Positions 1 to 10,497 are shown, numbered from the stretch's first letter. The stretch: 32,000 nt of DNA from Coprobacillaceae bacterium (GCA_963675515.1 OY776328.1:2849240-2881239), one strand, 5' to 3'. Notes: generated by a model not told the origin, from the letters alone. Program-made: numbers and translations.

Positions 1-492
1 CATCAATGATCTGTATATGTGATCCCTTGTTCACAATTTTAAAAGATTGCTGATAAGCATTTCATGGTCGGGATTATGCTGAAGGCTTTCAATGGCAAAG
101 ATGAAATCAAAGGCTCCTTTATTCTCAAACCATGAGGAATCCAGATAGCTGCCGAGCTCCACGGGTATATTCTGTTCCATTGCGATCCTGTATTGGACGG
201 GGCTCAAAGTGATACCTGTATAATCCCCTTCGTAGCGGCTCCTCAGGTAGCTGATACTGCCCCCCACACCGCAGCCGAGATCCAGGATTCTCCGGGCTTC
301 CGTCTCTCTGATCATATCGAGAACCAAAGCATCCGAGATATGGGCCGGGTCATGAGACCCGTCCTGTTCTTCAGGGTAGAGTTTTCGGTGAATGGTTCCG
401 GAAGACTTTTCCGGAACAAAGCGGAGGAACCGGGCCGTGTTCTTATTATAGTAACGGGCCACCTCACTTTCTGCAGTTTTAAAGGCGGACAT
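1..492 (-). pseudogene. class I SAM-dependent methyltransferase; 3' end leaves the window and the frame is broken near 40-50 as assembled
   Basis: ORF 31..492 has SAM motif I (ILDLGCGVGG) and an N-terminal YYNKNTARFL..GTIHRKLY segment typical of small-molecule/lipid methyltransferases, but is only 153 aa. Past its TGA (31-33) an adjacent frame continues LKIVNKGSHIQIID to base 1. That implies a 1-nt indel in the T4/A4 runs at about 40-48. Confidence 0.6.
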
Positions 493-583
493 ACTAATAT
501 TCTAGTCTTAAAGCTGCCAGTTTACGAATTGTTCCTGATTTATCATTGGACAAGGGCAGATGGGGATAGTTATAATTTAGACA

Positions 584-2104
584 ATGTACCTTTTTCACCG
601 GATTAACACAAACTGGCTGCCCCGTGTCTCTTTATTCCTCATTCTATTAACAATTTTGAGCAACTACCGGTATGTCCCGGGCAGTAACTTTTATCTTGGC
701 ATCCTGCCGGCAGTTTTCCTTATTGTAATTTTTTACGGACTTTCAACTGTATTAAAGGACAGTGGTGTAAACTTCAGTGAGTTTTACCGGCGTCCTGCCA
801 ATATTGCCACACTTGTCAGAAGCCTGCTGGTTCTGGCGGGGCTTGTCTGCGGGGCACTCTGGCTGACCGGCGGATTCTCCTTGTATAAATGGTTTTCTCT
901 CATTTTTATAAGTTTGGGATATGGGGCGGATTTTCTGGACGGCTGGCTGGCTCGGCGTGAGAAAGTCAAACCGCCGGCGGCGGAGTGGGGTGCCTGGTAT
1001 GATGCTGAAACAGACGCTCTCTTATTGCTTATAAGCGGTATTTTTATAACGTATTTTACAGAGATTACCCCGCTTCTGCTTCTACCCGGTCTGTTCCGGT
1101 ATATATTCGGGCTCCTATTCTGGTTTTTCCCCTCGGATTATGATCCTCCCGTGTGGTATTTCTGGTATTCCAAGACCATTGCCGCAATTTTTGAAACTGT
1201 CATGGCAGTTCTCTGGTGTACAATCCTGCTCAAGGAAAGCTCTGGTTTTATGAAGGCCTTCCTGACCATACAGATCAGAGTTTTTATTCCTCTGATAACT
1301 CTGCTTATCCTGTCAAGCTTTATTGTGGAATCCCATTACAGGGCGGCATCCCTACTCAACAGGGTGCCCGCGGGTTTTCGTTGGGGAATTTTCCGCTCTT
1401 TCATTATCTATTACAGAATCCCTTTCCGTTATGGAAAGATGAAGAAATTCTACAGCAGACTCATCAATTCCAGGGACCTGGTTTTTGATGTGGGAGCTCA
1501 TCTGGGTAACCGGACCAGAACCTTTCTTGATCTGGGTGCATATGTCGTAAGCTTTGAACCACAGCCGGCATGCATCGGGCTCCTTGATCTCTGGTTTGGA
1601 TCTCACGAGAACGCACAGCAAAGCTACTGCGCTCTGGGGGCAAACAAGGGCAATGTGGAAATGCTGCTCTCAAGCCGGAACCCCACACTTGCCAGTACTG
1701 ATTCTAAATGGGTAAGTGAAATGCTCAGCCACCCCGAATTTCAGGGAATAGAATGGGATGGCCGCTGCAGGACAGAAGTGCATACCCTTGATGAAATGAT
1801 TGATAAATTCGGTATGCCGAAGTTTATAAAGATTGATACTGAAGGAAATGAAGGGAAAGTCCTGAAAGGGCTCAGCAGTGCAGTCGCCCTTATAAGTTAT
1901 GAGTTTCTTCCCTCCCAGAAAAACCGGGCGAAAGAGTGCATCACCAGGCTTTCCCGTCTGGGAAAGTACTTCTTTAATTATTCCATTGGAGAATCCATGA
2001 AAATGGCCCTCAAAGATGCGCTTAGTGCCGAAGAAATGACAGCTCTTATTGATTCCTATCCCCAGGAGGGGAAGAGCGGAGATATTTATGCCTTCCTTCA
2101 ATAA
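584..2104 (+). CDS. fusion protein: N-terminal CDP-alcohol phosphatidyltransferase-type membrane domain plus C-terminal FkbM-family SAM methyltransferase
   Basis: 506-aa ORF. Residues 116-144 (nt 929-1015) read DFLDGWLARR..GAWYDAETD, matching the family signature DG-x2-AR-x(n)-G-x3-D-x3-D, and lie within multiple hydrophobic helices. From about residue 255 the sequence reads FIIYYRIPFRYGKMKKFY..DLVFDVGAHLGNRT..SFEPQP..IKIDTEGNEGKVL..GDIYAF, the pattern of stand-alone ~260-aa FkbM-family methyltransferases. Confidence 0.75.
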   Translation: MYLFHRINTNWLPRVSLFLILLTILSNYRYVPGSNFYLGILPAVFLIVIFYGLSTVLKDSGVNFSEFYRRPANIATLVRSLLVLAGLVCGALWLTGGFSLYKWFSLIFISLGYGADFLDGWLARREKVKPPAAEWGAWYDAETDALLLLISGIFITYFTEITPLLLLPGLFRYIFGLLFWFFPSDYDPPVWYFWYSKTIAAIFETVMAVLWCTILLKESSGFMKAFLTIQIRVFIPLITLLILSSFIVESHYRAASLLNRVPAGFRWGIFRSFIIYYRIPFRYGKMKKFYSRLINSRDLVFDVGAHLGNRTRTFLDLGAYVVSFEPQPACIGLLDLWFGSHENAQQSYCALGANKGNVEMLLSSRNPTLASTDSKWVSEMLSHPEFQGIEWDGRCRTEVHTLDEMIDKFGMPKFIKIDTEGNEGKVLKGLSSAVALISYEFLPSQKNRAKECITRLSRLGKYFFNYSIGESMKMALKDALSAEEMTALIDSYPQEGKSGDIYAFLQ

Positions 2105-3717
2105 ACTGAAAAGACCCCTCTCTGTCGTTCTTCTTGTGCATTTTCTTTTTGCTTCCTACCGCCTTTTTCCGCTTATACAGAATTACCAGCCCCTTAGTTT
2201 TTTTATCCCCATGGGAGAACTTCTTATTCTCATTGTTATTATGAACGGCAGGAATCACCGGCTTCTGAGAAGCACTGCTTCCCTGCTTCTGCTGTCATTT
2301 CTCATGTTTTATCTCTCGGGAGAGCTTTTTTTCAGGCTTATCTATCTTGAAAGCTTTGATATGATTTCAGACATGAAATTTATTCCCGGTTTATTTGTCA
2401 TGCTGATGCCGGAAGGATTTCTCTCTGTGGAAACCATAAGGGCCGGGGCAGTCCTGCTAACAGTTCTTCTGACTCTGTTAACAGCCTCTCTCCTGTTCTC
2501 TGCCATTCGAAAGCATTCGGGTATAACGGTACTGTCCCTCAATACTCCGGTAAAAATACTGATTACCATGGCGGCTGCTTCACTTATGATTTTTTCCCCC
2601 GCTGATTCCCCCCTGCTGATGACCAGGCGGGATTATAGGCCGCCGGTCTTTATATGCCGATCAAAGTGAGGCCTCTTTTCTCAGTAAAATACCTGATGAA
2701 CAGCCTGTATCCCTGCAGAACATAGCAGTTCCGGTTGAGGAAATCAAAGAGCCGGAGTGGGCTTATTCTAAAATTCAGGACAGTGATATACATTTTGCCG
2801 TTGTAGAATCCTACGGGGCGGTTCTGTTTCAAAGACCCGAGTATAGGACGTTTATCCTGAATCTCTATGAAAGGCTTCAGCCTATGCTCAAAGATGATGG
2901 CTGGATGGTCCGGAGCGGCTATGTTCTGTCTCCTGCATTCGGAGGTAGAAGCTGGCTTGCCGATGCGACTCTATTGACAGGAGAACAGATTGTCAATCAG
3001 AAAGTCTTTGATGAAAGGCTTAAAAAGGGTGAAGCGGCCTCACTTTTGAAGGAAATGAAGAACGCGGGCTACCGCAGTTATTATATTGCTCCCGGTTCTA
3101 CCCGGGCCAGTGAAGAGTGGAAGAGAGCCTATCCTTTTGATTCGTATTTTCTGCAGGCTGATTTTGCATATGAGGGTCCCTTTGTGGGGTTCGGAAAAAT
3201 GACGGATCAGTATATCTACGACTTTTTTGCAGAAAACATAATGAGGGATGATGAGAAAGAGTTTGCCTTTTATCTGCTTGTAAGCTCCCATACTCCCTTC
3301 GAAAGGATACCCGTTTATAAGCCGGATTGGGATTTCAGCCTGAAAGGCCGGGAATATGAAAAGGGTTATATCAAATATTTTGAAAATAACTGGCTTCATG
3401 GTAATGAACTGGCCGAAGGCTACCTGGAAGGGATCAGTTACAGTCTGGAAACAACTATTCATTATCTGACAGAAATTCTACCGGATAAACAGTTTATGCT
3501 GATAATCGGGGATCATCAGCCCCGTAAGCCCGTCAGTATTCCGGATCCCGGATATCCCGTTCTGTTTCATATAATTCTTCCTTCGGATTATTCAGGAACC
3601 TTTCCGGAGGAATGGAATCTGAGTTATGGACTTATCCCGCCGGAACTTCCCTATAATTACAATGATCTGCCCGAGATGGCTTCTATTCCCGGTCTTGTTG
3701 AGCAGCTTATTAAATGA
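2088..3717 (+). pseudogene. LtaS/sulfatase-like membrane transferase (alkaline-phosphatase superfamily); one frame change as assembled
   Basis: ORF 2049..2669 encodes 4-5 TM helices; its likely start is ATG 2088, 6 nt after GGAG and overlapping the upstream stop. A second frame is open with no start codon from 2623 and runs into ORF 2884..3717. It carries the sulfatase-fold motifs DIHFAVVESYG, SPAFGGRSWLADATLLTG, SSHTPF and IIGDHQP. The two frames must join between 2623 and 2669. Confidence 0.7.
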
Positions 3718-4926
3718 ATAAAGCAATTATAATCGCAGGTAACATTGTTACAAGTTTCGGTAACAGCATGTATGTGGTTGCCCTGCTCATTTATATAACC
3801 GAAACCAGGCCCCATCCCTTCAATGTAGGATCTATTCAGGCGGCGGCATACCTTCCTGTTGCCCTCTTTGGAATCTACGGAGGGATACTGGCTGACAGCA
3901 GAGGCCGGCCGGGAATAATAGCAGGAACAGATTTGATAAGAAGCCCTTCTTCTTCTGACCGCCGCAGCCGCAATCAGCTATTTCAATGGTCTTCACCCCC
4001 TTATTGTTTTTCTACCCCTTGTATTTTTAAATGCCCTGATGCAGGCCTTTTTCTCCCCCGCTTTAATCAGTTATATCCTTGATCTGAAACAGAATAAAAC
4101 GGATTTACTGAGCCTTCGAACAGGAAGCGGACATCTGGCGGCATTGACGGGACAGGCTCTGGGAGCAGCCCTGTATCCCGCCTATGGCCTGGTTCCTCTT
4201 CTACTTATAAACAGCCTGTGTTTCTTTGGCAGCGGAATATCCGAACTGTTTCTCCGGGAATCCGGCAAGCGGCCGAAGATGAGTCCCGGAGTAAAAGCCG
4301 TTTCCGGCAGAAAGCTTTCCGAACTGTCGAAGGACTTCTTCAGTCTTGATAAAAAAGGGGTTCCCCTGTACCTCTACCTTGGTATGCAGGGAATCAACTG
4401 TCTTTTGGTGCTGAACATCCCCTTTCTTCTGACAAAACGTTTGGGATTCCCTGTGCAATTCATCGGATACGGCCTTGCAGGACTTTTGGGGGGGAGCATA
4501 CTCTCAGGACTGTTTCTCGGGCTGACAGGGATGGCAAGGAAGGCCGGCTCGCTTTCGGCTCATGGGGCATCCCTGCTTTTTGCAGGGCTCTGTCTTACAG
4601 CAGGGGTGCTTCCTTCCGGTAAAAGTTCTTCCGGATCCTTTCTGATCCCCCTTTTGCTACTGGTAGCTGCCGGATCCTGTCAGGGCTGGATTCACCTTGT
4701 TACCATTCATGAGGTAAACAGAAGAGGCGAGAGTTCCTCCAGGGCAAGCCGTCAGGGCTTTCTGGAGGCAGCCGCAGCGGCTGTCCTGCCCGCGGGCTAT
4801 CTCATTAGCGCCGGAGCAGCTTCTTTATTACCCCTTGATACGCCCTGGCTTATGCGGACGGCGGCTGCCCTTTCCGGGGGACTGGCCATCCTTAGTCTGT
4901 GGCGGAGCAGGAGGGCTGGATTATAA
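3714..4926 (+). pseudogene. MFS transporter; one frame change as assembled
   Basis: ORFs 3714..4082 and 4039..4926. The second frame is open back to 3940 (EALLLLTAAAAISYFNGLHPLIVFLPLVFLNALMQAFF), directly after TGA TAA. DLIR|ALLLL therefore joins at about 3939-3942, with one extra A. There are roughly 11-12 hydrophobic helices in total. ATGA start/stop overlap with the upstream gene at 3714-3717. Confidence 0.7.
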
Positions 4927-4975
4927 AAGTTTTCAGCAAGCCTTTTTTAAGATCCCCGGAGCTGGATAAACCTTA

Positions 4976-5195
4976 TCAGAAGTTGAAAAAAAGTACCGGC
5001 TCTTTTCTCTCCTGGCAGTTCTCAAAAACTCTTGCTTCATACTTACATGCTTTAATACAGGCACAGCATTTTAAGATCACTATGGGGCAGGTTATGGTCA
5101 GTCCTGCTGCCATGGTTCATTGAGGAGGCGATGGTATTTACAATTTTTTGCGTTGTACCTGTGGGAGAAAAATATATTTCATGTAGTAATTTCAT
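4976..5195 (-). pseudogene. remnant of a flavodoxin-like gene
   Basis: GGAG lies 8 nt before ATG 5195, followed by MKLLHEIYFSPTGTTQKIVNTIASSM, the YFSPTG.T opening typical of flavodoxin-domain proteins. A stop follows after 47 aa (5052). A second frame continues with a Cys-rich CCACIKACKYEA stretch to 4976. Too short to be functional. Confidence 0.3.
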
Positions 5196-5320
5196 AGGCA
5201 TACTCCGGATGACAGCGTGTTTTTTTTCTTTAATTCTTCTTTAATATATAATTAAGACGGTTATTGCGGATGGTCTTCACTTTTTCATTTTTCATAGAAT
5301 AATAATTCAGAGGAAGGAAC

Positions 5321-5599
5321 TCAAGTGAGAATATTCCACAGCAGGAATAAAAGAAAATAGATACAAAGGTAAAATCTGTAAAAATTTCTGAAATGGATGT
5401 AATCCAGGTCTCCCGGATAAAGAGTCGTAAAAAGGGCCTTTGTTTCTTTGATAAATACGGGCTTGATATTTATAATCCAGCTGTCTGTTCTGTATACTAT
5501 TTTCCGGAATTTTCCCCTGTAATAACTCAGGGGTAAGCCCCATAAAACAAAAAGAATAAGCCAGATGTTATCTTTTAATAGAGACAGCAGTTCTTTCAT
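5321..5599 (-). CDS. hypothetical small membrane protein (92 aa)
   Basis: GGAG lies about 10 nt upstream of ATG 5599. Two hydrophobic helices (IWLILFVLWGLPL and LCIYFLLFLLWNIL). Same strand as, and 123 nt downstream of, the CFA-synthase-like gene. No family recognised. Confidence 0.4.
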   Translation of the reverse strand: MKELLSLLKDNIWLILFVLWGLPLSYYRGKFRKIVYRTDSWIINIKPVFIKETKALFTTLYPGDLDYIHFRNFYRFYLCIYFLLFLLWNILT

Positions 5600-5722
5600 A
5601 AAATCATTTCTCCGTTTCTCAACTTATTCTAAGTCATGATGACAGAAGTCTTCCAGTTATCGAAGCCGGCTTATATATGGGGTGATTCCGTTTTGTAAAA
5701 AAATACAGGACACCCTTATCCG

Positions 5723-6778
5723 TTAACAGCCGGAAGTCTCCTTTTTGAAAAGATAATGGGATATAAACCAGAGCGTGCCTTTTCTGTAATGGAAAAGCTC
5801 TTCGCATATAATAAAAAAAGCCCTCCAGTTGTTCCACCATGTCCGATCTTCTGAGGCGTACACCTCTTTAAACAGGGGCATCAGCTCCGTCTTTTGCCGG
5901 TCCATATTGTTTAACCAGGCCCGCAGGGTATTTCCATAATGGTCCCCCGGTATGATCCAGGCATTCTCCAGTGTGAAGGGGCCGGAGCAGAAGGGAAGCA
6001 GTTCATGACAGGGCATGGTTCCCCCGGAAAAAAAATGACGGGCCATCCAGTCTTCAGGATCATTCCTGTTAAAATGATAGGGAGTATATCTATAGCTGAA
6101 AATATGAATAAACATCTTTCCTCCCTCTTTTAAGAGGGGATAAAGCTTTTTCATAAATAAGGGATAATTTCTCATATGTTCAAACATTTCCACAGAGACT
6201 ATCCGGTCAAACACCTGTTTTTCCATTTCAAGATCTTCCACATTTGCTGTGATTACCTTCAGGTTTTGAAATCCCCTCTCTGATGCCTGGCTGTCGATAA
6301 AGCTTTTCTGTGTTTGAGAATTGGAGACCGCAACGATAGTTGCCCCCGGGTACTTTTCGGCCATATAGAGAGAGAGGGAACCCCAGCCGCAGCCCAGCTC
6401 AAGAATGGTCTGTCCCGATGCCAACTCCGCCCGTTCAACTGTCAGTTTCAGCATCCTCTCTTCCGCTTCATCCAGGTCAGATTCAGGCCTGGAGAGTTTC
6501 CCCCTTTTTTTCCATAAACAGGAGCTGTACTTTAACTTTGATCCCAGTACCTTTTTGAAAAAATCAGTCGGCACTTCATAGTGCTGCTCATTGGCATCGT
6601 CTTCCATAATGGCAATGGGTTGAGAATTAATCTCTTTGATAAAGAGATTGAGTTTTTCCTGAAGAATATCCGGATCAGACCGGTCTTTTTTCAAATGTTT
6701 TTTTAAACTCTGCCTGATGGCAAAACGGAAAACACAATCAGGGAGCCTGCCTGACGCGATGATTTTACTATGATCCAT
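5723..6778 (-). CDS. cyclopropane-fatty-acyl-phospholipid synthase family SAM methyltransferase
   Basis: 351 aa. EQHYEVPTDFFKKVLGSKLKYSSCLW, ILELGCGWGSLSLYMAEKYPGATIVAVSNSQTQ and SVEMFEHM are the hallmark CMAS-family segments. Confidence 0.85.
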   Translation of the reverse strand: MDHSKIIASGRLPDCVFRFAIRQSLKKHLKKDRSDPDILQEKLNLFIKEINSQPIAIMEDDANEQHYEVPTDFFKKVLGSKLKYSSCLWKKRGKLSRPESDLDEAEERMLKLTVERAELASGQTILELGCGWGSLSLYMAEKYPGATIVAVSNSQTQKSFIDSQASERGFQNLKVITANVEDLEMEKQVFDRIVSVEMFEHMRNYPLFMKKLYPLLKEGGKMFIHIFSYRYTPYHFNRNDPEDWMARHFFSGGTMPCHELLPFCSGPFTLENAWIIPGDHYGNTLRAWLNNMDRQKTELMPLFKEVYASEDRTWWNNWRAFFIICEELFHYRKGTLWFISHYLFKKETSGC

Positions 6779-6789
6779 GACTTTTCCTT

Positions 6790-7614
6790 CTAGAATAATC
6801 TGCCATTTTTATAATCATCAAAAGCCTGGAGGATCTCCTCTTTCGTATTCATTACAAAAGGGCCTCCCCGGGAATAGGGCTCATTATTCGGAATAGAAGA
6901 AAGAAATAGAAAACCCGCTTTATCACTGCCGCTTTCAATAGAGATAGTCTTGTCATCAAAAAATTCCACCAGATTACCGGATGTGATCTTCTGATCCTGA
7001 ATCTTCACACTTCCGCTATGAATATAAATCAGTGAATTGAATCCTTTTCCGGCTGAAATTTGAATGGAACTATTATCCAGGTATACGTCATAATATTCCG
7101 AGGGAACATAATTTCGGGCCGGTCCTTTTACACCTTTATATTCACCGGAAATAATGATGACTTTAATCCCGTCTTTCTGATAGACAGGTACTTCCTCTTT
7201 ACTCAATTGCTGATACCTGGGCTCAACCCATTTGAATTTTTTAGGCAGATTGAGCCATAACTGATATCCCCACAGACTGCCGCTTTCCATGGCGGGCATC
7301 TCTTCATGGAGGATGCCTTTACCGGCGGTCATCCATTGAACCTCTCCCGCTTTCAGCAGTCCGCCGCCGCCCCGGCTGTCCTTATGGGTAAAACTTCCTT
7401 CAATCATATAGGTAATTGTTTCTATGCCCCTATGGGGATGCATGGGAAATCCGGCAATGTAGTCATCAGGATTATTACTTTTAAACTCATCGAGTAAAAA
7501 AAAGGGATCAATATTATCTACCTGAGCTGAGGCAATCAGACGGTTAAGCCTGACCCCTGCACCGTCCGATACGGACTGTCCCTTTATAATACGTTTTATA
7601 ACAGATTCGTTCAT
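6790..7614 (-). CDS. pirin family protein (bicupin)
   Basis: HPHRGIETITYMIEGSFTHKDSRGGGG..GEVQWMTAGKGILHEE are pirin N-terminal cupin motifs. The track ORF starts at TTG 7638, but ATG 7614 is preceded by AGGGGG and is the likelier start. Confidence 0.85.
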   Translation of the reverse strand: MNESVIKRIIKGQSVSDGAGVRLNRLIASAQVDNIDPFFLLDEFKSNNPDDYIAGFPMHPHRGIETITYMIEGSFTHKDSRGGGGLLKAGEVQWMTAGKGILHEEMPAMESGSLWGYQLWLNLPKKFKWVEPRYQQLSKEEVPVYQKDGIKVIIISGEYKGVKGPARNYVPSEYYDVYLDNSSIQISAGKGFNSLIYIHSGSVKIQDQKITSGNLVEFFDDKTISIESGSDKAGFLFLSSIPNNEPYSRGGPFVMNTKEEILQAFDDYKNGRLF

Positions 7615-7692
7615 ATAACCCCCTGGAGATATACGCAAAAGTCAAAAAGTAATTCTAATCTTATAAAAGAAGATTAAAACAAAAATACTGCT

Positions 7693-8835
7693 TTATTCTG
7701 AAGCTCTGTAAAGACGAAGCAGACGTCCTCCTTTTTGATCTTCCAGAAGCCATATTGCCCCATCAGGGCCCTGTTCAACCTCCCGGATACGCTTGCCCAT
7801 ATCAAAGCGTTCCACCTCCTCAGCCCGGGTTCCTTCAATTCTGACCCGTATCAGGGCCTGTGACCTGAGCCCTCCTATAAAGGCATTTCCCTGCCACTCC
7901 GGAAAGACTGTCCCGTCATAAATTATAAGACCTGAAGGGGCAATGGTGGGTACCCAGTATGTTTCGGGTGTATGAAAGTCAGGACGGGTATCATGATCGG
8001 GAATGGGAACCCCTGAGTATTGATCTCCCCATGATACAAGGGGCCAGCCATAGTTATCGCCTTTGATAATGAGGTTCAACTCATCACCGTGCCTCGGACC
8101 CATTTCATGTGTCCAGAGTCTGCCTTCTTTGTCGAAAGCAATGCCAAGCAGATTTCGATGCCCGAGGGTCCAGTAACTTTTTGCCAGTTCTCCTTTGTCC
8201 TTAAAGGGATTGTCCGGAGGTAATGATCCGTCTTCGTTAAGCCTTATTACCTTGCCCAGATTTTGTGTCCAGCTCTGCGCGGGAGACTGTTTCTGCCGTT
8301 CACCGGAAGTTATAAACAGTTTTCCATCAGGACTGAATGCCATGCGGTGGGAGTAGTGGCCTGATCCGGATACTTTGGGCAGCTGCCGCCAGATGACTTT
8401 AAGTTCTTCCAGTTTCGGATCACTGTCTGCATTCCGGAGTCTTGCCCGGGCAACTACGGCACCTCTGTTTCCTGCGCTGTCCTGTTCGGCATAAGAGAGG
8501 TATATCAAGCTGTTGTCCCTGTATCGGGGATGGAGAATGATATCCCCCAGGCCTCCCTGACCTCCATAGGCCACTTCAGGTACTCCCTGAACCTGAACTT
8601 TGGATCTGCTGTCCATCCGGAAAAGAATAAGATTTCCGGATTTCTCAGTGACAAGAAGATCACCATCGGGGAGAAATGTCATGGCCCAGGGTTCATTGAA
8701 GGACGCGAAACTCTCGGTCAGGATCTTTATGCCGCTGCTCCCGTTTATCCTGCTGCCGGCAGTATCAGCACAGGCGGAATAAGACAGCAGAAGCAGTAAC
8801 AGAAATAGATAACCTTTTAATGGAAATGGTTTCAT
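7693..8835 (-). CDS. PQQ-dependent sugar (glucose/sorbosone) dehydrogenase, probable lipoprotein
   Basis: 380 aa with a signal peptide ending in a lipobox-like [54 protein letters not shown] and GDNYGWP match the soluble aldose/sorbosone dehydrogenase beta-propeller family. Confidence 0.85.
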   Translation of the reverse strand: MKPFPLKGYLFLLLLLLSYSACADTAGSRINGSSGIKILTESFASFNEPWAMTFLPDGDLLVTEKSGNLILFRMDSRSKVQVQGVPEVAYGGQGGLGDIILHPRYRDNSLIYLSYAEQDSAGNRGAVVARARLRNADSDPKLEELKVIWRQLPKVSGSGHYSHRMAFSPDGKLFITSGERQKQSPAQSWTQNLGKVIRLNEDGSLPPDNPFKDKGELAKSYWTLGHRNLLGIAFDKEGRLWTHEMGPRHGDELNLIIKGDNYGWPLVSWGDQYSGVPIPDHDTRPDFHTPETYWVPTIAPSGLIIYDGTVFPEWQGNAFIGGLRSQALIRVRIEGTRAEEVERFDMGKRIREVEQGPDGAIWLLEDQKGGRLLRLYRASE

Positions 8836-8972
8836 AATTCTTCTCCCCCTATTTCGCTTGTCATAAGAACCGTTGCCGAAGAATTCTCAGACGGGAGTGA
8901 ATGACTCTGTTGTTCAGCTGTATCCTTCGAAATAATTCCAGTCTTTATTGAAGCAGACTTGATCTGTTATTT

Positions 8973-9006
8973 AAAAAAAGAGGGCTGATCAACAGTCCTC
9001 TTTTTT
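8973..9006 (-). terminator. probable intrinsic terminator of the ferritin-like gene
   Basis: On the minus strand: GAGGACTG-TTGAT-CAGCCCTC (one internal mismatch) followed by T7, 17 nt after the stop at 9023. Confidence 0.45.
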
Positions 9007-9022
9007 GAGAAATCCCTAAATT

Positions 9023-9511
9023 TTAATAATAGTCATCTCCCATGGGAGTAAATTCGGCATGTTCCACCCACCACTGCGGTTTTTCAATCAGTTCAATAAG
9101 ATTTTCAACAGTCTTGTAGTGATAGTCTTCCTGATGGGAAAGACTTTTAAACAGTTTTTTACCCTCTTCAGAATCCACTTCTCCCAGTTTTTCCTTATAG
9201 AATTCTCTGCCTTTTTTTTCAATTTCCAGGGCTTTTCTTAATTCAACCAGCAGCTCACTGGAGGGTTCTTCAACGTTTTCTTTCATCCTGGCAAATATAG
9301 TTTTCACTTCAGATATTGAACTTTTATTCTTTTCCTGTGATTTCTTACGCTGAAGAACTTCAACTGCTTTGGCGTGCTTTGCTTCATCATCGGCCAGCAT
9401 TGAGAAAATCGTCTTTATTCCCGTCAGCTTTGTCTTCGAAGCAAGACTTCTGTAAAGTGATTCAGCATCATGTTCCATTTGAATAGAAAATTCATAAATA
9501 TCCATATACAT
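9023..9511 (-). CDS. ferritin-like / rubrerythrin-family diiron-domain protein
   Basis: 162 aa, all-helical in character, with two E-x2-H pairs (DDEAKHAKAVE and SHQEDYHYKTVE) spaced as in rubrerythrin-type four-helix bundles. Confidence 0.6.
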   Translation of the reverse strand: MYMDIYEFSIQMEHDAESLYRSLASKTKLTGIKTIFSMLADDEAKHAKAVEVLQRKKSQEKNKSSISEVKTIFARMKENVEEPSSELLVELRKALEIEKKGREFYKEKLGEVDSEEGKKLFKSLSHQEDYHYKTVENLIELIEKPQWWVEHAEFTPMGDDYY

Positions 9512-9693
9512 CTCCTAAGTGATTTTTATAGAGTCCATCTTAACTTCAAGTATAGGAAGAGCATCGGGGAGTATGCAAATATTTGTTTTTGGATAGCTTA
9601 TAAACTTTAAGTTCCAGCATCATAAGAGACTTGAAATCACTTAAAAAGAGATAAATTCCTAAAGATTAAAATCTTTTGAATGATTACAGGCTT

Positions 9694-10278
9694 CTATGGA
9701 ATACTTCTGAGTTCCTTCCGAATGGAATCAATGGAGATTTTCATCCAATCTCCTGTTTCCTCCCACTCAAGATCAGCAATGCCATTCAGATGATAGAGCT
9801 TGAATTCCATTATGCCGCACCAGTCGAAAACCGTATCTCCCCAGAAATCTTTGAAAGACCGGGAACTCTCATTTCTGTAGGATAGGGTAATAACGGCAGC
9901 CTTTTTTAAAGTAAGGAGTGGAAAGAACTTTTTATCATCCTCCGGAAAATCCCTGATTTCATCATAGGCTGTACCCGGACGGAAGACCCTGTCCACCCAT
10001 CCTTTCAGTATAGCAGGAGGTCCGGCCCACCAGTCAGGATGTATGATTACAATACTCTCACTTTCTGTCAGTTCCCTTGAATAGCGTGTCACTAGAGGGT
10101 CAAGGGACATCCGCCTTTTCAGTTCATCCAGAGGCATAACAGGATTAAAACTATCACCATACAGGTCCTGGCGGAAAACCTTATGGCCTTCAGATTCCAG
10201 AACCTCTGCCAGCTCATGATAGATCTGAAAACTCAGAGAGGAGGGGTCGGGATGAGCGATAATAAGACTAATAGGCAT
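9694..10278 (-). CDS. flavodoxin-like-fold NAD(P)H dehydrogenase (quinone)
   Basis: 194 aa. MPISLIIAHPDPSS and IHPDWWAGPPAILKGWVDRVF are the characteristic Flavodoxin_2 (MdaB/KefF/GSP14-type) segments. Confidence 0.8.
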   Translation of the reverse strand: MPISLIIAHPDPSSLSFQIYHELAEVLESEGHKVFRQDLYGDSFNPVMPLDELKRRMSLDPLVTRYSRELTESESIVIIHPDWWAGPPAILKGWVDRVFRPGTAYDEIRDFPEDDKKFFPLLTLKKAAVITLSYRNESSRSFKDFWGDTVFDWCGIMEFKLYHLNGIADLEWEETGDWMKISIDSIRKELRSIP

Positions 10279-10497
10279 AAAAGCTCCTAAATACCGAAAT
10301 AGCTTAACTGAAACAGTTGATATATGACTATATTACTTATATATTAGAAATATAGTTAGTATAGACTAATTAAAGTATAGGTCAAGGTTCATGGATTTTC
10401 CTGATTTTTAAACAGCTGAACCTTTGGTAAATAAGCAGGAAAGCTGACGGAACAGTAAAACTGTCCCGGCGGTAAATTTTAAGATAGGAGAATATCT

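Noticed and set aside
584-2104. Possibility that the CDP-alcohol transferase::FkbM fusion is itself an assembly artefact joining two genes.
   Set aside because: Not adopted as the primary reading. The frame is continuous across the junction (..NRVPAGFRWGIFRSFIIYYRIPF..), and no stop/SD/start arrangement is visible in any frame there. Given the indel load of this region, the caveat is kept in the finding.
4899-5123. 74-aa plus-strand ORF after the MFS gene.
   Set aside because: It overlaps the MFS 3' end and lies antisense to the flavodoxin-like remnant. It has no SD and no recognisable features.
5634-5840. 68-aa minus-strand ORF overlapping the 3' end of the CFA-synthase-like gene.
   Set aside because: It is out of frame within, and just downstream of, a confident gene. 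It has no SD and odd composition.
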